A program made the position numbers and the translations under genes. From Epithemia pelagica (Eukaryota > Protista > Bacillariophyta), in the NCBI GenBank assembly GCA_946965045.2, contig OX337240.1:3100001-3164000 (forward strand): a stretch of 64,000 nt of DNA, read 5' to 3'. Below are positions 57,701-64,000 of the stretch, in pieces. Numbering within the stretch: the first letter of the stretch is position 1; the number at the start of each line of letters is the position of its first letter. The notes below the pieces were generated by a model, which was given only the letters and a program-made list of their open reading frames with translations, was not told where the DNA came from and did no database searches.

Positions 57701-59314
57701 GGAGATGCCGCCGAGGAATGTGGCATTATTTTTGAAGACAGTAGCCGTTGCACGGGTGGTGATAATGGCGATAGGGATACTGGTGATGGAACTGACGAAA
57801 AGGCCTCGGTCTTGTCGTCCTGTCACAAACGACTGGCCTACCATCATCATCGCTCGGAGCAACTATCCGACTCGATGGATGCCTCCTCCGCCGGTGTGGA
57901 AGAAGAGGCATCCAAACATCAGGCACGATCGAACGACACTACACCACAAGTCGTAAATGACACGGAAACCACGCCGATTGTACAGCATACCTTGTATATT
58001 CAGATGCAATTGTGTCGATTCGAAACGATTGCCGACTTTTTGCGCAACAAGGAGGCCCGCAAGGGACGCACTGCGTCTCGTAGACGACGACGATCCAGCA
58101 GTAGTCACAACAAGGTGGACATTCCTCTGGCTCTTTCCCTCTTGCTCCAAATTTCCAAGGCCGTACAACACGTCCATGAGAAGGGACTGATTCATCGAGA
58201 CTTGAAACCCAGCAATTGCTTTATGGATACCTTGGGTGTCGTGAAAGTGGGCGATTTTGGGTTGTCACGAGAAACTCACAACTCGGCGTCTTTGACCATG
58301 ACGGACCAAGACGACGACGACGAGTTGGCAAACCGAGAAACGACGGACGCTGCCATTGTGGCACAGCTGTTTGGCGATGCCCAAGTTTCCCCCACCACCA
58401 ACGACAACGAGTCCGCAGGAGCAGCAGCAGCAGCAGCGGCGGCTCCACCTACGATTGACCACACGGCTGGTGTGGGGACTCGCTTGTATGCATCGCCGGA
58501 ACAAACCGAAGGCTCCAGCTACGATTCCAGCACTGATGTGTATTCCTTGGGCATTATGCTCTATGAGTTGTGTTACCCCATGTATACGGGTATGGAACGC
58601 AACATTTGTTTGAGCAAACTACGACAACAACGTCAATTTCCCTTGGATTGGTCCACGGTGGTGGGACGCCCCTACAGCCAGCCGATTCAAGACTTGGTCC
58701 AGTCCATGTTGGATCCTCGACCCTCGTTGCGACCCAACGCGGCCCAAGTGGCCTGGCAAATCCAGCAAATCATGGGGGAACTCACCATTTTGTCTTCCCT
58801 CACGCGACGAAAAACGTCATTCTTGGCCGACGACGAACAGCAGAATGGCGAATCCAACACCAATGGCCACGACGACGACGACGATGTTGTCTTTCTCAAG
58901 GTGGAATCCCAAAATCCTGAAACGGCCTTGGCCCATGCCGTAACCCTGATCCAATCCTGGCCGCATTCCGGCGACTCGTGCCAACGACGACGACCACGCG
59001 TGGAAATTTTGCAGTCGGGCATGGCCCGCCAAGTGTGCACGGGTACGACCATTTTGGAGTTTGCCCTCGTGTTCCATCACCACCACCACAACCGTCGGTT
59101 GTGGTTGGACCCGGAGAAGAATACGGAAACCACGAGTCTGCAACAACAACACGACGTACCAATAGGAGCCGAGGAGGAGGAAGAGGAAGCTCTGGAAGAG
59201 GACTTGGTTCGGTTCCTGGAACAAGACTCGGATATTGTCCGCGTGCAAGCCATTTCGGCCCATCATGCTCATCCTTCGCAACCACCACCCAAGCCCGACA
59301 CGGTTGTGACTTGA
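54323..59314 (+). CDS. PERK-like transmembrane eIF2-alpha kinase
   Basis: Signal-like leader; luminal propeller-like blocks (VDGSLYALNAWTG, HPGLDGQLY, LLAVDATTG, WNVTVG); TM followed by KRRRRR. Kinase motifs [37 protein letters not shown], long insert, LYIQMQLC, HRDLKPSN, DFGLS and GVGTRLYASPEQ. Confidence 0.9.
54680..54748 (+). repeat. (GAA)12(GAT)11 coding trinucleotide repeat
   Basis: Encodes E12D11 in the kinase N-terminal region. Confidence 0.95.
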
Positions 59315-59799
59315 CCGTGTTGTTGTTGGTGATGGAGTCCAGGAAACGGTACTCCGTGTATACGTAACTCTTTACGTAATGGTTGGGTAGCACACGTTCT
59401 GCAATAGAGGTGGCGACAGTAACTGGGCCACACTACTAGTTACTAGGAGTAACACAAAGCACGTTTCACTTTTGAGCGCCATGTCTCGTCCCTGTGTTTG
59501 CCACCAAGGATCTACCAAGGAGCCAACCGAGATTTGGAAAAAAACGTGTGTGGCATTCAATGATAACGAACCACACGTCGTATTGGGCAAGCAATCGTGG
59601 TTGCTGCTCCTCTAGAGAGAGTAGGCGTCATCCACATAAACAGGAGCAACAGTACCTACTGGTACGGCATTAATCGTGTGGACACTGACTCTACGTACTA
59701 GGTGTATATACTGGATCTATCGTAGAGACGGGTAAATTGCAACCACGGTGTGTGGCCACTCTACAGCCGACTGGCCAAGTGTGTTTAGTCTCTAGTAGT

Positions 59800-60918
59800 T
59801 TATTCCAGTGCAGGTCGCGGGGCTTGTCCCTCAAAGACAAATTCGGCCGGCCCGGACATGTACACCTTGTTGTTGTCTTGATTCCATTCAATCCACAAGT
59901 CACCACCGGGCAAGGTGACACGACAAGGTTGGTTCGGCAGTGTCGTGGGAATTTTGCCGGCGCGACAAGCCGCCACGACCAAGGCACAGGTTCCCGTACC
60001 ACAGGCCAAGGTGGGACCGGCGCCGCGTTCCCAGACCTTCATGCGCAAATGTTGCGGTCCCAGGACTTGGACAAATTCGACATTGGTCTTGGCGGGAAAG
60101 AGATTGGTGGCCGATTCCAAGGCCGGACCATCCGTCGCCAAATCGACGTCGGTTTCGAGGTCGTCGACAAAGATAATGGCATGCGGATTGCCCATGCTCA
60201 CAGCCGAAATCTTCCATGTCTTGTCGGGATTGTTGGGCGCCACGACGGGCAATTCGACGACGGATTCGTTGTCAAAATTGGGTTTCAACGTGGTGGGAAC
60301 TTGCGAAGCTTGCAAAATGGGTTCGCCCATGTCCACCGTCACGGTTCCATCTAAGTTCAGGACGGGAACAATGGGACCCGCCAAGGTATGAATGGTATAG
60401 GAATCCTTTGTGGTTGTTGTTGTTTTGGCGTCCAAGGCTTGCAAAAACTTGGCCAAACAACGAATGCCATTGCCACACATTTCTGGTTCACTCCCATCGG
60501 AATTGTAAATGCGCATGGCACAATCAAAAGCGTCATTGGGGGATTGCAAGGCAAAAATGACGCCATCGCCACCAATGCCAAAATTGCGATGGCACAAGGC
60601 TTGACTTTCTTGGGGAGACAAGCTCGGTTCCAACTGGTCGCGATTGTCAATCAAGAGAAAATCATTGCCCAAGCCGTGGTATTTGGCAAACGCAATCATG
60701 TTGTTGTCAGTCGGCAATGTCGCATCCGCTGTGCTACTACTCGAGTCGGCGACCGAAGCGAACTGTCGAGTGAGACCACCAAACCGCAAGGAAGTCTGCT
60801 GCTGGTTGGTTCGAAGGGTCGTAAAGGATTCCACCAGCACGAGACTGGTGGATAGCGACAACCACAAGAGGGACCAGGGAGAGAAACGGTGGGCGGCAAG
60901 TCTGCTCGTAAGAGTCAT
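59800..60918 (-). CDS. dapF: Diaminopimelate epimerase, plastid-targeted
   Basis: FAKYHGLGNDF, NSDGSEPEMCGNGIRC, VSMGNPHA, NVEFV and WERGAGPTLACGTG. Signal peptide ending LVES-F (ASAFAP-like) then a Ser/Thr/Arg-rich transit peptide. Confidence 0.97.
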   Translation of the reverse strand: MTLTSRLAAHRFSPWSLLWLSLSTSLVLVESFTTLRTNQQQTSLRFGGLTRQFASVADSSSSTADATLPTDNNMIAFAKYHGLGNDFLLIDNRDQLEPSLSPQESQALCHRNFGIGGDGVIFALQSPNDAFDCAMRIYNSDGSEPEMCGNGIRCLAKFLQALDAKTTTTTKDSYTIHTLAGPIVPVLNLDGTVTVDMGEPILQASQVPTTLKPNFDNESVVELPVVAPNNPDKTWKISAVSMGNPHAIIFVDDLETDVDLATDGPALESATNLFPAKTNVEFVQVLGPQHLRMKVWERGAGPTLACGTGTCALVVAACRAGKIPTTLPNQPCRVTLPGGDLWIEWNQDNNKVYMSGPAEFVFEGQAPRPALE

Positions 60919-62386
60919 TTCGGCAGAGTGTTCTGGTTGTTGTTGGTATTACTATTGTGGTTGTTCCATTAGTACTTGAAAGAATGGACGACACATACAC
61001 AAGTGTTGTGGGTCTCGCTCAGATCTCTGGATGGAGATTTTGTGCGGTTCGACGACGAGAGTGACGTTCTATCACAAACGCAGACCCGCATTCGAGGAAC
61101 TTTGGTTGTAAAATGAAGTGGGAATGTCGCAAGGACATTCGATCTCAGCGTGTGGCACTGATGTCTGTGAATAGTTCCATCAACTATAAAACGAATCATG
61201 GTCCAAGGAGTAGTGATTCAGTCTGCTGGAGAGTTCTATTTCCGCGATATTTTACGGAGAGTCATTTGAGTGTGCAGATTTGATCCTATTTTGGCCTTAA
61301 TTTTTGTTGTATTTTTTCACATAGAATGGTTCTGAATTCTGAAACTAAAAATGTGCCCAGCCGAGGAGGGATTTTGACTAGTTTCATGTAGAAAAATCCA
61401 AACGAAAATCAGGTGATTTCATGAAACTAGAACACAAAATCGGACAGTCGCAACACTCAACAATCCTCATCTGTTCTGGAACAGAGAGACTCTGGATACC
61501 GCAGGACATTCCCTCTGACAGGACAAAGACACTCCCAAACGTCCAAGCCGAGAGACGAGAAACCACAACCTGCGACAATGGCGACGGCTGTTGTAGGGGA
61601 TGCCGGGCAGAAATTGGTCCGATCAGACCAATTTCCGGTCAGACATCTTGGAACCTGCCAAGCACGAAATAATGGTGGATACACAATTCCCTGTTCGAGC
61701 ATGGCACGGTGGTTCCACATTCCTGTGGCGCTCCTCTACAAGGAGACAAATACTGTGACGCTCCATTACAGGAACGAAAGCCAGTCACCCAACACTTTGA
61801 AACCAAAGCTCACGAGATATGAGTTGCCATGGAAGCAAACAAATTTCATTCGGCTCGCTTCGCTTCCTGGTTCCGTGGAGGACAGTGTCCGTGAACCTTC
61901 CTCCTCCAAGGCGGCCCGTACCATGGGAGGGCAGGATCCAAGTAAGGATGATACGGATGGATCTGTCCATTCATTCATTTGCTGCTCGTTTGGACGACGA
62001 CAACCAGAACGTATCCACACCTACTGCCGTCGGTTCCACGGATCATCCAGACTTGACCACTGCGGCAAATCGCCGAGAGCGCAATTGCTAGCTACCTAGC
62101 TTTTCAACAGGGAAAAGCTACATGCTCGCTTGGTCCGTGTGAGCGCAAGCGAAAAGGTCATTCCACAGATTTCTACTGCCAATGTGCAGCGGCTTTGCTC
62201 TCTGGCTAGACCTTTCATGGGGGACGGATGGAGGAGAATGACAAACGTTTGGATGGGCTAATACGCTGGGATCGAATCGACTCTACCGTAACAATGTGCA
62301 GTACGTGCGCGCAAGGCTCTGCTGGGACTAACGATCCTTGTATAATAGTATGGAGCAACCGCCGCAACGACACAAGTAGTAATTCT

Positions 62387-62570
62387 ACATCCGCTCCGCG
62401 GAGTGGGGAGGCACGAGGAGGGGCTATTGACTCCGAGAAGGGCAATAGCTCCGAGAAGTGGACCGCCTTCTAAATCCGCGTCAGCGGATTTGGCGGTCCA
62501 CGACGAGGAGCTATTGCCCGCCGAGGAGTCAATAGCCCCGACAAGTGCCCCCACGACCAGGAGGGGATGT
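62387..62570 (+). ncRNA. Candidate structured RNA: 184-nt rod hairpin with four repeated symmetric internal loops
   Basis: Hand-paired stems of 11, 10, 15, 13 and 10+8 bp. Loops GCGGA/GACCA, GAGGA/GACAA, GAGAA/GCCGA and GAGAA/GACGA. Transcription is not shown. Confidence 0.55.
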
Positions 62571-62780
62571 CGCTTGCTTCTATCACCTCCGAGTCCCCCC
62601 CTAATTAACTGTCACACTTTTTTCCCAGGACTGGTTTTTTTGCTCCGCACTATCTTTTTTAGCTCCGCACTTGCTCGCGTATGAGAGCGCGGCCGTCGCG
62701 GGCAATATAAGGCTATATAAGACGAAAATCCTACTTCCATTCCGAGGAGCTATAGTAGTATTAAGAACTCCCTATGTCTA

Positions 62781-62919
62781 GTCCCTTTTGAGGAGGGTCG
62801 CCCGGCGCGGAGGGTAGAATGACGAGGAGGGCAATGGTCGAGGAGGGCGCACGCCCGACAAGACAATTGCCCGTCGAGTCATTCTCCCGACAAGCCGGGC
62901 GCGCCCGACGCGAGAGGAC
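62781..62919 (+). ncRNA. Candidate structured RNA: second rod hairpin with the same loop motif
   Basis: Loops GAGGA/GACAA, GAGGA/GTCGA and GCGGA/GACAA, plus an imperfect GAGGA/GACGC. Stem sequences differ from hairpin 1. Confidence 0.5.
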
Positions 62920-62991
62920 GGCCAGACACAGGGAAGTAGTAAACTTACTCCCTATCAAGCTGTGTAGGTAGTGAGAAATTCCTGGAAGCCA

Positions 62992-63043
62992 TGTCACAAA
63001 GTGTCACACAAATGTCACACAATTGTCACACAAGTGTCACACA
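62992..63043. repeat. Five-copy 11-bp tandem repeat TGTCACACAAN
   Basis: Units start at 62992, 63002, 63013, 63024 and 63035. Confidence 0.92.
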
Positions 63044-63256
63044 TGAGAGGGAAACCGCGCGACTCGCACGAAACTACTTCCCGGTCGTACAAAAAATTCC
63101 TACTGTAGTATAAAAATGTGAGACGAACTACCTACACAGTCTGGTATGGAGTTAGTGTCTCACTTTCCGACCCTCCCAACAAGTGCCAACCCGAACAAGT
63201 CGTAGAAAAGTGATCTGCTTCACTTTGCTCAACAGGATGATGAGAGGCTGCCTTGG

Positions 63257-63700
63257 TTGCAGTGGACCAAGGCTTGGCGGATGGGAATGATTGGACATGT
63301 TGCCACCAGACAACTATTACATCGAGAAGGCAGTCGTTACACTGGTTTCCCGTCATTTGGTGATTTGGGCATGATAGTCGGTGTCATGGCCCACTTGTTT
63401 GTATACACATCACAAGAGACCTTGCTGCAGTGTAGCCCATGTATGCTGGCCAATCCACCATTGGATGGCCACACCTACAAGGATCGATTCGAGGGTGGGA
63501 CCATGATGAGTGGCTGTTGTTCCCTCGGGCAGCACCGAGCTGCAAGATGAGGGCCTTCTGGACTGACCGGAGGAACCAGCAACCACTCTACACATGTGTG
63601 TGCTGGCTCCAAAACAGGACGACAAGCATGGCAGAAATTAGGAAACAACAGCAGCCATGAAACGCAAGAAGACGACGGAACATCTGCGTGTCGAGGTCAC
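63257..63700 (+). pseudogene. Possible decayed non-LTR retrotransposon C-terminal fragment
   Basis: IGHVATRQLLHR...FPSFG and QSTIGWPHLQG/RF across a frameshift resemble C-terminal blocks I recall from algal non-LTR proteins. No RT motif seen. Confidence 0.3.
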
Positions 63701-64000
63701 ATGGAGCTCGAATAAAGTCTGACGACGAGGTTTCCTGATCAGCGAATGCAGAAGTTGAAACAGATACTGTAGATCCGAGATCCAGGTCCTGAAACTTGAG
63801 ATTGACAATCAAGGTAGTATATCCGTACGGTATGTCCGATTGTGCATCGAGTCTAACGTGGTAAGGGCAAACACTTCTGGAACAAGTGTCGTCCGTGTTA
63901 GGATCTTTGTACAAGGTGATTGCATCGCCTTGGCTACTGCTTTGTTCCCTGGCTTACACCTCCGCACCTCGGGAGGTCAGAAGTGTCAAGAAACGCACAA

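Noticed and set aside
54328-59393. Many alternate-frame and antisense ORFs over the kinase
   Set aside because: Shadow ORFs of GC-rich, low-complexity coding sequence. The same applies to shadows over the other long ORFs.
61378-61430. 11-bp inverted repeat upstream of dapF (a similar 10-bp one lies at 7920-7982)
   Set aside because: Single short inverted repeats are expected by chance in 64 kb and have no supporting context.
62228-62684. Sense and antisense ORFs with similar peptides (GAIDS...GNSS...WTA)
   Set aside because: The similarity is a by-product of the hairpin symmetry, not evidence of protein coding.
62387-62919. Hammerhead ribozyme, tRNA, SRP RNA or pre-miRNA identity for the hairpins
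   Set aside because: No CTGATGA/GAAA core, cloverleaf or SRP helix 6/8 branching. Regular 5x5 loops are not typical of miRNA precursors. An Rfam search is still needed.

Overview
Eukaryotic nuclear DNA, most likely a pennate diatom. This is inferred from a bipartite signal-plus-plastid-transit leader on DapF, a CoDi-like Copia and GT-AG introns. No database was searched: all family calls come from motifs read by eye. The first ~46 kb is a nest of transposons. It holds a decayed Copia with its 5' LTR and PBS, a palindromic MITE, and an intact Harbinger (17-bp TIR, AAT TSD). It also holds a RAG1/Transib-like DDE transposase with a convergent partner ORF. A 14.2-kb Plavaka/CMC-like element carrying at least four extra genes is inserted in the middle of a MULE transposase. 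Between these lie three paralogs of an unnamed family and a Crinkler-type NTPase-REase gene. Bases 46-61 kb are host-like genes: an fmt remnant, sfsA, a giant 7TM receptor, a PERK-like eIF2-alpha kinase and dapF. The most unusual signal is non-coding, at 62.4-62.9 kb. Two rod-like hairpins with unrelated stem sequences carry seven clean copies of one symmetric internal-loop motif (5'-C GNGNA G-3' opposite 5'-C GNCNA G-3'). This looks like a structured RNA or ssDNA with repeated protein-binding sites.
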